Below, in pieces: positions 43,013 to 54,296 of a stretch of 64,000 nt of DNA. Numbering within the stretch: the stretch's first letter is position 1; the number at the start of each line of letters is the position of its first letter. Source of the DNA: Alphaproteobacteria bacterium. Lineage in GTDB: Bacteria; Pseudomonadota; Alphaproteobacteria; JAAXGF01. The position numbers and the translations under genes are program-made. The notes under the pieces were generated by a model, which had not been told where the DNA came from, did no database searches, and saw only the letters and a program-made list of their open reading frames with translations. The stretch is taken from positions 1,792,001-1,856,000 of the forward strand of contig CAUVXB020000001.1 of assembly GCA_963555825.3 (NCBI GenBank), given 5' to 3'.

Positions 43013-44499
43013 CAGAACCGGGGTAGGTCGGCGAACGGCAGTTTGCCCTTGTGCACATGCATGCGGCCCAACTCGGCGCAGCGGTGCAGCGTCGGGAACA
43101 CCTTGCCGGGATTGAGGTAGCCGTCCGGGTCGAAGGCGCATTTGAGGCGCTGCTGCTGGTCGAGGTCGGCCTCGTTGAACATCGTCCCCATCAGGTCGCG
43201 CTTCTCGACGCCGACGCCGTGCTCACCGGTCAACACGCCGCCGACCTCGACGCAGAGCTTGAGGATATCGGCGCCGAACGCCTCGGTCTTCTCGAGCTCG
43301 CCCGGGTTGTTGGCGTCATAGAGGATCAACGGGTGCAGGTTGCCGTCGCCGGCGTGAAACACGTTGGCCACCGCGAGGCCGTACTTCTCGCTGAGCTCAC
43401 CAATGCGTTTGAGCACCTCGGGCAGGCGGCCGCGCGGGATCGTGCCGTCCATACAGTAGTAGTCGGGCGAGATGCGCCCGATCGCCGGGAACGCCGCCTT
43501 GCGCCCGGCCCAGAAGCTTTCGCGCTCGGCCTCGGATTGGCTGACGCGCAGCGTCGTCGCGCCGCACTCCTCGGCGATGCCCCGGACCCGGCCGATCAGC
43601 TCGTCGACCTCGACCTCGGGTCCGTCGAGCTCGACGATCAACAGCGCCTCGACGTCGAGCGGGTAGCCGGCGTGGCAGAACGCCTCGGCCGCCTCGACCG
43701 CCGCGCGGTCCATGATCTCCATGCCGCCCGGGATGATGCCGCCGGCGATCACCCGGCCGACGCAGTCGCCCGCCGCCTCGATCGACGGGAAGCCGACGAG
43801 CAGCGCGCGCGCCGTCGCGGGCTTCTTGAGGATGCGCACGGTAATCTCGGTGATCACGCCCAGCAGCCCCTCCGAGCCCGTGGTGACACCCAGCAGGTCG
43901 TAGCCTTCCGCATCGAGGTGCTTGCCGCCGAAGCGCACGACCTCGCCGTTCATCAGCACCATCTCGACGCCCAGCACGTTGTTCGTCGTGACGCCGTACT
44001 TCAGGCAATGCACGCCGCCCGAATTCTCGGCGACGTTGCCGCCGATGGTGCAGGCGATCTGGCTCGACGGGTCGGGCGCGTAGTAGAAGCCGGCCTCCGC
44101 CACGGCGTCGCTGATCGCCAGGTTGGTGACGCCCGCCTGGGCGACGACGCAGCGATTGCCGTAGTCGATGTCGAGGATGCGCTTGAACTTGCCGAGGCCC
44201 AGCGTGACCGCGTCGGCGAGCGGCAGCGCGCCGCCCGAGAGCCCGGTGCCGGCGCCGCGCGGCACCACCTTGACGCCGCGCTGGTGGCACATCCCGAGGA
44301 TGCGCGACACCTGCTCGGTGGTTTCCGGCAAGACGACGATCATCGGCAGCTGGCGGTAGGCGGTCAACCCATCGCATTCGTAGACGCGCAGCGCGTCGGC
44401 ATCGGCGATCACCGACTCGGCGGGCAGCAAGCCGCGCAACGCCTCGACGAGTTCGCCGCGCCGCGCCAGCACCTCGCGGTCCGGTTTGGGCATCTGCAT
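43012..44499 (-). CDS. glcD: Glycolate oxidase subunit
   Basis: YECDGLTAY, PRGAGTGLSGGA, YAPDPSSQIAC, HAGDGNLHP, GEHGVGVEK. Confidence 0.95.
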   Translation of the reverse strand: MQMPKPDREVLARRGELVEALRGLLPAESVIADADALRVYECDGLTAYRQLPMIVVLPETTEQVSRILGMCHQRGVKVVPRGAGTGLSGGALPLADAVTLGLGKFKRILDIDYGNRCVVAQAGVTNLAISDAVAEAGFYYAPDPSSQIACTIGGNVAENSGGVHCLKYGVTTNNVLGVEMVLMNGEVVRFGGKHLDAEGYDLLGVTTGSEGLLGVITEITVRILKKPATARALLVGFPSIEAAGDCVGRVIAGGIIPGGMEIMDRAAVEAAEAFCHAGYPLDVEALLIVELDGPEVEVDELIGRVRGIAEECGATTLRVSQSEAERESFWAGRKAAFPAIGRISPDYYCMDGTIPRGRLPEVLKRIGELSEKYGLAVANVFHAGDGNLHPLILYDANNPGELEKTEAFGADILKLCVEVGGVLTGEHGVGVEKRDLMGTMFNEADLDQQQRLKCAFDPDGYLNPGKVFPTLHRCAELGRMHVHKGKLPFADLPRF

Positions 44500-44547
44500 C
44501 AGGGCGACCCTTTCAGCGCCGCATAGTGCGGCACGCCCCCGAGCGCG

Positions 44548-44979
44548 TCAACGCGGCGGCGTCGGCACCACATCGGGACGATCGGAGCGCACGCGCGGCA
44601 GGGTGTCGCGCAGGTCGCACCAGGGCATCTTGCTCTCGGCGCAGAGGTGCCATCGGGGCGCCAGATCGTCGGGCCGATCGAGGCTGCCGAAGTAGACCCA
44701 GAGCGTCGCCTCGCCGTCGTAGCGGCCGAACAGCGAACAACCGCAGCCGTCGCAGAAGCCGCGCTCCATGACGTTCGACGAGCCGTACCATTTGGGTTCA
44801 CCGCGCTTCAACACCAGGGCCTTGCGCGGCCACTCCCCCGAGACGCTGAAGATCGACCCTTGCGACCTCTGGCACATGCGGCAGTGGCAATAGCCGACGT
44901 CGCGCGGCGGTTCGGTCAGCTGGTAGACGATGGCGCCGCATTGGCAGGCACCGGTGATCGGTCGCGTCGGATCGCCCAT
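44548..44979 (-). CDS. GFA/CENP-V family protein
   Basis: GACQCGAI, CHCRMCQR, FCDGCG. Confidence 0.88.
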   Translation of the reverse strand: MGDPTRPITGACQCGAIVYQLTEPPRDVGYCHCRMCQRSQGSIFSVSGEWPRKALVLKRGEPKWYGSSNVMERGFCDGCGCSLFGRYDGEATLWVYFGSLDRPDDLAPRWHLCAESKMPWCDLRDTLPRVRSDRPDVVPTPPR

Positions 44980-45000
44980 CGCATCCCCCTCGTCAATTTC

Positions 45001-45082
45001 CGGTCACCCTCGGTGACCTGCGCTCAATCGCCGCGCATGCCAATCTTTATCCCACAAGGACTGGCCGAACGGTCGGCGGCCC
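45001..45082. repeat. Second copy of the palindromic intergenic repeat
   Basis: Inverted match to 40339-40360 and 40392-40438; GGTCACC-N3-GGTGACC hairpin. Confidence 0.85.
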
Positions 45083-45239
45083 GCAGTCGCGGGCTGGCAA
45101 AACCCTGTCGAATTGCCGAGAGGCGCGCATGCTCGCGCAATTGCGGCGACGACGCAAATCGCGCGGTGGGCGTGAGATTTCGGGTGTCGGGGGGCGCCGC
45201 CGCGCGGATGCGGCGACGCGCGGTGTCAGCCCTGGCGCG

Positions 45240-45371
45240 GGCATTGTCAAGTTAACTGATTGTAGGCTGTTTTCGGCATTTTTCCACGAGGCTAAGCCAT
45301 TGAAATTGCGTAAAGCAGCCATCGACAATTTACCGAGATTTTGGAGTGAATCCAGTTAACTTGACAAAGCC
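45240..45371. mobile_element. 132-bp MITE with IS6-like terminal inverted repeats
   Basis: GGCATTGTCAAGTTAACTG ... CAGTTAACTTGACAAAGCC (18/19); AT-rich, no ORF. Confidence 0.7.
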
Positions 45372-45922
45372 CCCGGCCGTCATCATCTCGGCCGGCTTCA
45401 TGTATTGCGTCGAGTTCTTCGCCGACAAGATGCCCGGCGTCGACAGCGGCTGGGACACGATCCACACCTTCATCCGCATCCCGGCCGCCGCGGTCCTGGC
45501 TGCCGCTGCCGTCGGCGACGTCGACCCGGCCATCATGCTGGTGGCTGGCATCCTGGGCGGCACCCTGGCGGCGACCAGCCATACCATGAAGGCCGGCAGC
45601 CGCGTTCTCATCAACGCCTCGCCCGAGCCCTTCAGCAACATCGGTGCCTCGTTTTTCGAGGACGCCTTGGCGATGGCCGGCCTGCTCGGCGCGATTTACT
45701 ACCCCGATGCTTTCCTGGTCGGCGCTTCCTGATGCTTTCCTGTTCATCCTGCTGGCGATCTGGCTGCTGCCGAAGATCTGGCGCGGCGTGCGGATGCTCT
45801 TCGCCCGCTTGCGGGGCCTCTTCTCCGGCGGCGCGGCGCGCCAGCCTTCGGGCGTCACCCTGAGGCCGGTCGAGAGCGGGCGGGCGCCACGGGTCGAGGG
45901 CCAACCCACGTCTTTAGAGTAA
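45372..45922 (+). pseudogene. DUF4126-family membrane protein, 5'-truncated and frameshifted
   Basis: VEFFADKMPGVDSGWDTIHTFIRIP, INASPEPFSN..SFFED; frame change near 45725. Confidence 0.8.
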
Positions 45923-47245
45923 GCGTCGCGCGACCTCCTCGGCCCTTTCAATGCCCGTCAGGTAGGCGCCGGCGCAGGTCGCCCAGAGGCTCGGGTGACA
46001 GGCCTCGCCGGCGAAGAAGACGCGGTCGCCGAGCGGCCGGCGCAAGGCGGCCCTCAGATGGCTATGGCCGGGCTCGGCGGAGGCGTAGGAACCGCGCGTC
46101 CAGGGGTCTTCGCCCCAGCGCGTCATGGTGCCCTTGATGAAGGCGCGGTCGATCCGGCTGCCGAAGATCGCCTTGAGCTCGGCCCGGGCGAAGTCGACCG
46201 CCGCCGCGGCCCCGGCCAGCTCCAGCTCGCGCCCGAAACTGCCGCCGACGACGCCGAAGGTCAGGCGCGTGCCCGAAATGTTGGTGAGCAGGCCCATGGA
46301 TCGCTTCGAAGCGCTTTTGTAAGCGATGGTGGCATCGTCGCCCCGGCCAAAGACATCCTCGGAGAACAAGAGGGCGATGTGGTTGTAGGTGCCCATGGAG
46401 ATACGGGCGAAGGCCTCTTGCTGCTCTGCCGACGGCGGTGGGTCGAAGGTGATCCCGCCGGCAGCCAGGACGCCAGTCGAGACGGTGACGACGGCGGCTT
46501 TGGCCTTGAGCGTGCCATCGTTGGTCTCCACGGCCACGCCACGGCTATCCCAGAGAATCTTGCGGACCGGCGTTGCCAGGCGGACCGGCAGGCCGCGACC
46601 GTAGTGGGCGACCAGGCTGCCGAAGCCTTCGGCGCAATACCAGTCGGCGCCGTCCTCGAAGCTCCACCAATCGAGGCAGGAAAAGTCCGTCAGGTCCTTG
46701 CCCATGTCCCAGGGGCCGAGCCAGGCGCCGGCCAGACGCACCCAAGGGTCGGCGAGGTCGAGTTGCGAGGCGGCGCTGACGTCTTCTCCGGCCCGCCCGG
46801 CGCGGCTGATGGCGCCGACAGTGGTCTGCCAGGCCTGGTCGTAGGCCCGCGCCTCAGCCTCTGTTGCCTGTCTCGGGCCGACGTAGAGAGTTTCTGCCGA
46901 TGGCGCCGGATAGACCGTGAACCCATGACGCCGGGCGTAGTCGACCCAGGGGTTGAGATGGGCGACGTGGAGCCAGTGGCAGCCGTGGTCATAGGGCACG
47001 CCGAAGGTCTCGGTTTCGGTATGGGCGCGCCCGCCGATGCGCCCGCGCGCTTCGAGGACGATGACCTCCAAGCCGAGTTCGCGCAAGCGACGGGCGGCGG
47101 CGAGGCCGGCCGCCCCGGCGCCGACGACGACCACGTCCGGGTTGCCGGGCAGGGCCGTGTCCAGGGGCAGGGGGGCGACGGCGGTTGCCGCCGCGCCCGC
47201 CAGGAAGGCGCGACGGGTCCATGGGGGAATGCGAGTTCGATGCAT
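45914..47245 (-). CDS. Flavin monoamine oxidase-family FAD oxidoreductase, Tat-exported
   Basis: TRRAFL leader; [31 protein letters not shown]. Confidence 0.9.
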   Translation of the reverse strand: MHRTRIPPWTRRAFLAGAAATAVAPLPLDTALPGNPDVVVVGAGAAGLAAARRLRELGLEVIVLEARGRIGGRAHTETETFGVPYDHGCHWLHVAHLNPWVDYARRHGFTVYPAPSAETLYVGPRQATEAEARAYDQAWQTTVGAISRAGRAGEDVSAASQLDLADPWVRLAGAWLGPWDMGKDLTDFSCLDWWSFEDGADWYCAEGFGSLVAHYGRGLPVRLATPVRKILWDSRGVAVETNDGTLKAKAAVVTVSTGVLAAGGITFDPPPSAEQQEAFARISMGTYNHIALLFSEDVFGRGDDATIAYKSASKRSMGLLTNISGTRLTFGVVGGSFGRELELAGAAAAVDFARAELKAIFGSRIDRAFIKGTMTRWGEDPWTRGSYASAEPGHSHLRAALRRPLGDRVFFAGEACHPSLWATCAGAYLTGIERAEEVARRLL

Positions 47246-47355
47246 CGCGGACTCCCGGGGCCAAGATTTGACGGCTATCATACTGCGACGGCAGGCAAAG
47301 GCGATGTCCCTATCTCTGTTGAAATTCGTGGGGCAGGCGTCGCTGGTTGATGATG

Positions 47356-48001
47356 CTATGCTGCCTTCATGATGGTTTCAATGGCACTGTCGGCCTGAGC
47401 CTTTCTCAAGTGTTCCTGGAGAGCATTTCGGAGGATGGGCAGCTGGCGATAGGCCTTGAGGCGACGGAAGGTTTTCTGGGCCTCCAGCAGGCCGGCGGCG
47501 GTCCATCTGAGCGCCATCTCGGCGTGTCTCCAGCGTTTGACGTTGCGGGTGACCTGGCGCACCGTGCCGAGCGCGTTCTCGACGATGTTGGTGCAGGCGA
47601 GCGAGCGCCGGAGTTCGTGCGGCAGGCCGAGGCGGATGACGGTGAGGATCTCCTCCAGCCCCTCCAGGATGCTGCCCGAGACGCCCGGTTCCTCATGCTC
47701 CAGACGCCGGACCAGGTTGCGCAAGAGCCGCTCGGCCTTGTTTGCGTCGTCCTGGTCCCAGGCCTGACGGAGCGCCTTCTTGACGCTCGCGTGCAAATGT
47801 TGGGGCAGGCGCTCGATGATGTTACGGCCCTTGTGGACCTGGCAGCGCTGGATGGCGGCGGCCACACCGAAGGTGTTTCGGATCGCTTTGCTGAGTGCCT
47901 TCGCGCCATCGACGATGAACAGCCGCGGCAGTGTCGGATCGAGCCCCCTGGCGAGGAGATTGTCGATCAAGGCCTGGACGACGACCGTGTTCTCCGTCGC
48001 C
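47356..48001 (-). pseudogene. 3' fragment of a different IS256-family transposase
   Basis: IVDGAKAL, QRCQVHK, LACTNIVEN; 5' part replaced by the neighbouring element. Confidence 0.85.
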
Positions 48002-48103
48002 TGTGGCTCCCATAAATCCTATCTGCCGCAGAAATCCTAGTATTCCCGGCTTGTGCCGGATAGCGTCTCCGACATGTGCACGACCATTCGAATTGTCCTT
48101 GCC

Positions 48104-49116
48104 ATGGTCCATGAGGCTTTCCTCAGCCGCGCGGCGTTGCATCTTGAGAACCTTGCCCTGCGACAGCAGCTTGCCGCCAGGCGAGCCAGGCCTTAGATCG
48201 GAAAGGAGCCAGGCCATCGCTTCGGATGGCCGATCGCCTTTTCTGGGTCGTCCTGTCTCGGCTGTGGTCGGGTTGGAGGGAGATCCTGGTGATCGTCAAG
48301 CCGGAGACGGTTATCGGCTGGCATCGAAAGGGCTTCCGACGTTTCTGGACCCGGAAGTCGCGACGGGGGAAGCCGGGACGACCGCCCGTGTCGAGCGAAT
48401 TCCGAGGGCTTATCCGCCGGATGTCTCGGGAGAATCCGTTGTGGGGCGCTCCCCGAATCCACGGTGAGCTCAGGATGCTCGGCTTCGAGGTCTCCGAGGC
48501 GGCCGTGTCCAAGTACATGCCGCGCCATCCAAAGCCACCTTCGCAGACATGGCGGACGTTCCTCGAGAACCACGTCGGGTGCCTAGCGTCGACCGACTTC
48601 TTCGTCGTACCCACCGCGACGTTCAGTCTTCTATTCGTGCTCGTTGTGCTGCGGCACGAGCGTCGGCGGATTGTTCACATCGGCACCACGGCACACCCGA
48701 CTGCGGCGTGGGTCGCGCAACAGATCCGGGAGGCCTTTCCGTGGGAGACAGCACCACGGTATATGATCCGAGATCGGGATCGTGTGTACGGTATTGCCTT
48801 TCGTTCGCGGATAAAGGCGATGGGCATCGAAGAGGTCGTGACGGCGCCGCGATCGCCGTGGCAGTCGCCGTACGTTGAGCGCGTGATCGGGTCCATCAGG
48901 CGAGAGTGTCTGGATCACGTGATCGTTCTAAACGAACGGCATCTGCGGGCGATACTCTTGTCGTACATCGACTACTACCAGCGATCCCGCACGCACCTGG
49001 CGCTAGGCAAGGATACCCCTGAACGGCGATCGGTTCAGCCGGCTGGCGCCGGGAAGATCGTGGCGTTTCCACAGGTCGGCGGGCTGCATCATCGGTACCA
49101 GCGGTTGGCGGCCTGA
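48104..49116 (+). pseudogene. Integrase-core (rve) transposase, IS481-like, N-terminal frameshift
   Basis: ENLALRQQL in one frame; KPETVIGWHR, WGAPRIHGEL, DFF, RDRD, PWQSPYVER, GGLHHRY in another. Confidence 0.8.
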
Positions 49117-49620
49117 CTGGCACCGGCTATCGTATAATCGGCTTGCGGCGATGATTCTGACGCCGTCGGGGTCGCCGTAACCTCAGCAATCCGTCTTACT
49201 ATGGCAAGGCCCCCCAAGCCGGTTGCCGATCGATGTGGGCGTCGTTTCCGAAGATGACTATGCCCGCCTCACAGCGAAGATGGTGCCATCACCAGTGCCG
49301 GCGGACCGGTCGGCGTTCTTGATGCACCCCGGATGAGATAAATGGGAGGCACAGGCGCCTCGGACGCCTCGAAGGTGACCGCGGTTCCATGGGGCCAGGA
49401 GGGCGCTGATCGTCCAAGGATGCCGACATGCGCCGGCATCGCGGCCGAGCAAAGTGAGCGGGTTCGAGCACCAGGCGGTAGCCGGGGCTTGGGTCCCTGC
49501 CGGGGAGCGCGCCAGCGCAAGGTGCAGCCCCGTCGCGAGAGACGCGAGAAGCCCGGAGCGGTCACCCGGCGGGATCTTCCGCCTCAGTGATGCCGGCCTT
49601 CCAGTTGCTTTGGCCGAAAG

Positions 49621-49884
49621 TCAGCAGGATTGCGGGATCGGCGATCCCGTCGCCGTCGTCAGTGATGGTAACGCGGGTGGTGTCGCCATCCTGCTCGATG
49701 GTTGCGGCGACGCGCGGTTGGCCCCGCCACGGCGTGAGTTTTGCAGCGTCTCGGTGAAAATATCGGCGAGGCCAGCCGAGAACAGCCGGGTCACCTTGTC
49801 GATGGCGCTGTCGCCGACGCGGGCGCGGATCGTGGCCGAACCGTTGCCGGGCTCGGCGATAACGGGATTCTGTGCAGTAGACAT
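49621..49884 (-). pseudogene. GHKL/HATPase-like ATP-binding protein N-terminal remnant
   Basis: IDKVTRLF...DIFTETLQNSRRGGA (ExxxNS motif), then frame decay; lies downstream of the ParB-like gene. Confidence 0.55.
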
Positions 49885-49975
49885 GGGGAATCTCCTGGTT
49901 GTCGATACGGGAACGAAAGACGCCCCGCCGGTATGGAGCCAGCGGGGCGTTGTCGTGAGGGAAGAACGCGGTGGT

Positions 49976-52564
49976 TCAGCCGCGGCGCAGGAACGCCGGT
50001 ATCTCCAGCAATTCTGAACCGTTGTCGTGGCCGTTGCCGCGCAGCGGGGCCAGGACCTGTTCCCGCTCTACGGACACCTCATGGCCGCCGCCAGCGATGG
50101 TAATGCGCACGGCGTCATGATCGGCAAGGTCGGTGTCGCCGGTGGGAGAGTCGGCCGCTTCCGGCACAGACGCCGCGACAGGAGGCACGGCATCGCTGTT
50201 CTTGGCCGAGGCGAGTGCGCCGGCGCGGCGTTCGGCCACGGCGGGAGCATCGATGCTCTCGACGACGGAATGAAGGCGTGCGTTCATGGGTTTCTGTGCC
50301 TCCACCGGAGCGGGATCAGCGTCATTGTCCGACAGTGCATCGGCCTGAGGAGCCTCGGATTGCGAGGTGTCGTCGTCGACGCGCGATGGATCGGCGCCAC
50401 CGTTGACGTCATCGCCATCATCTTCCGGCGCACCACCCAGCGGCGTATCTGCCACAGTCGGTTGCGGTTCGGGGGCGGTTGTCCCCTCGTCATCAGCCGA
50501 GGCGCTGTCGTCGACGGTGCCCGTATCGAAGGCGCGGAACCCGGGCGGTGTCCAGGCGATGGCCGCGGCGCGGCCCTCGGCCGTGACCCCGGCGGGGACG
50601 CCGCCGCCGTGGGCGAATGCGTCCTGCATCGCCTTGGCGATCTCCGCCTTCTTCTGCTTAGCCTCCGCTTGCGCCCAGGTCTCACCCAGCGTCTCGCGGG
50701 CGATGGCGAGGATGCGGTCCTTGCGCAGCCGCGACCACAGCAGATCGGCGGTCCAGACCTGATCGCGGTTGCCCCGGACAGCGGCGGCGAAATCGATGTC
50801 GAGCCGGGCCACGGTCGCTTCGACCTCGGGCCGGGCTTTGGGTTCGAACGCCAGTTGACCCTTCAGCGTGCGCGCGACGCTGGACGCGAACAGGATCTGC
50901 TTGTCCCGTTCGGGAAGCGCCCGCAGTTCGGCGAAGGCCTCGGCATCGGGCAGGCCGGCCCAGTCGAGTTCTTGCGCGGCACGGTCGATCTCGAGGTGCT
51001 TTTCACCAACGTTGATGGTGCCGAAGGCGTCGTCGTTGACCCGCATGGCCGGACGGTCCGGGGTCTCGGCCGCCCTGATGTCGAGCGCGTCATCATGGTA
51101 GCCGTTGGTGAACACGCCGCGGGCAAGCTGGAACAGCAGCAGATCGAAGGCCGCCTCGAAGTCGCAAGCGAGCTGGCTTTTGACGATGGCCGTGCGGATG
51201 GCCCGCAAGTCGTCGGCGATGCCGATGCCGACGCCCGCTTCCTTGCGCGCCTCGGCTTCCGCATCGCCGGGCGAAGCGAGGGGAGCCGCAAGCGTTGGCG
51301 CCTCAATGCCGGATATGGTGTACTCCCCGTCGCCGGTATCGTCGTGTCCGGCGGCGTCCGCATCGCCTGCTTCGCGCGCGGGCATGTCCTCGGGGCTGAC
51401 CAGGCCCTGGATCAGTTTGAGTTCGCCATCGTTGCCGATGGTGGCGATGCACCCGGCGATGGCGATATCCTCGCGACGGTAGACCGCGCGGGCCTCGATC
51501 GTGGCTTCGATCCCGTCGAGCGGGGTCTCGTTGGCATCGGCTTCTTCGACCAGCTCTTCGGTCCAGCCGTCGTCGTCCATGTTGGCGAGTTCGTCGTTGC
51601 GGGTCCTCAGGCGTTCGATCTCGGCCTTCTCCCCGTCCGTCGGCTCGGCCGGTTGCGGGCGCACCCGCCCGAAGCTCGCGGTGGCGTTCCAGTCCACATC
51701 GAACCGCGCTCGGCCCATTTCCAGCGCGTCTCCAGTTCCCTCGCCGCGACCTGGAGGCTGTCCATGGCGAGCTTGTTCAAGAGATCGGGATCGTCGAACC
51801 ATATCCCCCGCTCGTCCTCCTCGGCGAACAGGTCGCGGTCGATCCTGCCGCCCGCCGCCTCGTAAGCCTCGATGCCGACGAAACGTGCGATGGCGGACGT
51901 GGCCAGAACCCGGCCCTCGGTCAGCAGGCGCTTGATCTGCCAGGCGCCGGGGGCCGGTAGCCCTGCTGGCTCACCGTCTCCCAGACCGCGTTCTGGCGCG
52001 CCTGATCCGTGGTGACGGCGAAGGCCATCAATGTGTCCAGATCGATTTCGCCCGCACGGTAGGCCTCAAGCAGCACCGGTGCTGCATTGCCGAGACGCAG
52101 CCGCTTCTCCACGGTGCGTTCCGAGACCCCGAATCGTGCCGCGATGGCGGCCGCCGGGCTGCCCGCATCGGCCAGGCGGCGGAACGCCTCGACCTGATCG
52201 GCCGGGTGACGGCTTACATGGCGGCGCGGACACTGTTCTCGGCCAGCGAAACTTCTTCGGCCGCCACGATATCTCCGATCATCCGGCAGGGTACGGGGTG
52301 GTTTTCGTCCAGCGCGCCTTCGGCGGCCAGCGCCTGCATCGCGGCCAGCCGCCGTCCGCCGGCGATCACCGCGTAACGCCCGGGGCCATCCGCGCCGGGT
52401 TCCATGGAACGGGTAATCAGGTTCTCGAGCAGACCCTGGGCTGCGATCGAGGCCTTGAGCTCGGTGAAGGCCGAAGCGTCGGCCGGCGTCTTGCGCACAT
52501 TGCCGGGCGAGAGTTCGAGTTGGGACAGCGGGATGTCGCGGATATCGCGTTCGGGGTCGTGCAT
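49976..52564 (-). pseudogene. Long ParB/Spo0J-family protein of ICE/plasmid type, multiple frameshifts
   Basis: IPLSQL..SPGNVRK, SIAAQGLLENL, AGGRRLAA, SLAEN; HPADQVEAF in the next frame; breaks near 52213, 51950 and 51750. Confidence 0.85.
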
Positions 52565-52565
52565 G

Positions 52566-52706
52566 TCAGTCTCCGGGATTGCGTGAATGCGGAACCGGGC
52601 GGGGACACCCTCTTCGGCATCCGCCCTCGCCCGCCTTCGGCTAAAGCTCTCGCTCTCAGGGGCGTGACGGAACCGGATGGGTCCGAAACGGCTGGACGGT
52701 GCAAGG
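52566..52706 (-). promoter_or_regulatory. Structured leader upstream of the ParB-like gene
   Basis: Hairpin GGGCGGATGCC-GAAGA-GGGTGTCCCCGCCC, RBS GGAG; proximal 91 bp duplicated at 2224-2314. Confidence 0.5.
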
Positions 52707-52766
52707 ACAGTTGAATCAATTGCCGCCGTTACTGCGCCGGGAAGGCCGCCATGGGCAGACGCGGTG

Positions 52767-53178
52767 CTAGTTCGATACCCGCCACGCGCCGCCGGGCTGG
52801 CGGCAGGCGCTGCCGTGGGCTTGCCCGGTGCACCCGCCGGCGGTCACAGTGAGTTGGTATTCCCTGCAGTAAATTCCGCCGGCCGATCTGTAGGTGCGGG
52901 TTGGCGTAATCGTCCCTGCGTTGCCGGTATTGGAATTGTGCCAGCGCAAAGGCAGCCTGCCTGGACGGGTCTCCAGCGCCGCTTGCCGTGTGCGGCCCGC
53001 TTATAACTTGTCGAGCGAGGCGCCGAGCCCGCTGCCGGGAAACAACCCCGCCATGGTTCCAGCCACCGTGGCTGCGATCCCGAGCTTGCCGCTTCTGGCC
53101 GTGGGTCCGTGCTCGCCCCCGGCGATGCCACCGAGCCGCCGCGCCGGCCATCCGCTTCACCCCGTGATCGCCGGACAT
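52767..53178 (-). pseudogene. Rickettsia 17-kDa-antigen-like (glycine-zipper) surface lipoprotein remnant
   Basis: WHNSNTGNAGTITP...YCREYQLTV...GSACRQPGGAW; upstream frame disrupted. Confidence 0.7.
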
Positions 53179-53885
53179 GCAACCGGCCGGAAACAGGGCA
53201 GCGATTACCCTGATCGCCGACCTGTTATTCGGCGCGCAGGATCGACGCCGATCGGCGCGCTAACCCTTTGAGATCACTTGATTCTAGGGGGTAACAGCAC
53301 AGGCTCAGAGCCCGCTTCGACTCCCAATTGGCACCGTAGCTGTCTGACAGACACCTCCCTGCAAGCTGCTCCTCCCACGCCAGAAGCCCAAAGCGATTCA
53401 CATCTACTGCCCCATGTGGCACAAGGTGTCAGTCGATCGCCAAGTCAGGATCTTCCATGGAAGCCAATGCATGTGAGCAGGTCATTCCGAGAAGTGCCGC
53501 TTTGATCTTGAACAACTGAAAGCCAACCACGAATTAATCAAACAGGGAGAACCATATCATGGCGGGATTCGAGGGCGGATGCCTTTGCGGTGCGGTGCGC
53601 TACCAGTCGAAAGCCGATCCACAGGTCGTCGGGCATTGCTACTGCGTTGATTGCCGGAAAACCAGTGGCACGGGCCATTGCACCCATATCGGGGTGCCCG
53701 CCAACGGATTTTCCGTCACCGGCGAGGTGCGGTTCTTCGACAAGCCGGCCGATAGCGGCAACATGGTCAGTCGCGGTTTCTGCCCAACCTGCGGTTCGGC
53801 AGTCTACTCGACCAATTCGTGAGTCGGACCCGATTTCCTTGGACACAGAATTGGCTTAATCGAAGTGTCCAAGGAGGACCGGAAC

Positions 53886-54296
53886 ATGACCGACAATTTT
53901 GAGAACAAAGTTGCTGTTGATGGGCCTGTGGTAAACGAGGGCGAGCTTGGCTCGTCCACGTTTTCCCCGGGCCAGGTTTCGCCGGCAGGCCCGCTGGGAC
54001 TTGGCCAGCGGTGGACGGTGACGCGCAAGCGTGAGGTTGCCCTGCGGCTTTTGCGTGGCGAGCCGGTGGAACTTTTGTCGCGGCAGTTGGGCGTGGAGAT
54101 TTTCCGGCTCGAGCAGTGGCGTGAGAAGGCGATCGCCGGGATCGATGCCTCGCTCAAGGAACGCAAGGGCGATCCGGTGAAGGCGGAACTGGACATCGCC
54201 ATGAAGCGGATCGGGGAGTTGATCATGCAGGTGGAACTGCTGGAGGCCAAGACGGAGACGTCCGGCCCTTTGGGGCGGCGGAGGTCGCGGCGATGA
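53886..54296 (+). CDS. IS OrfA (HTH + coiled coil)
   Basis: RKREVALRLLRGE..LSRQLGV..LEQWRE; start codon uncertain. Confidence 0.75.
   Translation: MTDNFENKVAVDGPVVNEGELGSSTFSPGQVSPAGPLGLGQRWTVTRKREVALRLLRGEPVELLSRQLGVEIFRLEQWREKAIAGIDASLKERKGDPVKAELDIAMKRIGELIMQVELLEAKTETSGPLGRRRSRR

Noticed and set aside
40523-44526. Long plus-strand ORFs (865 aa, 491 aa) and similar shadow ORFs across the window
   Set aside because: Antisense or alternative frames of GC-rich genes, with low-complexity Arg/Gly/Ala translations and no motifs
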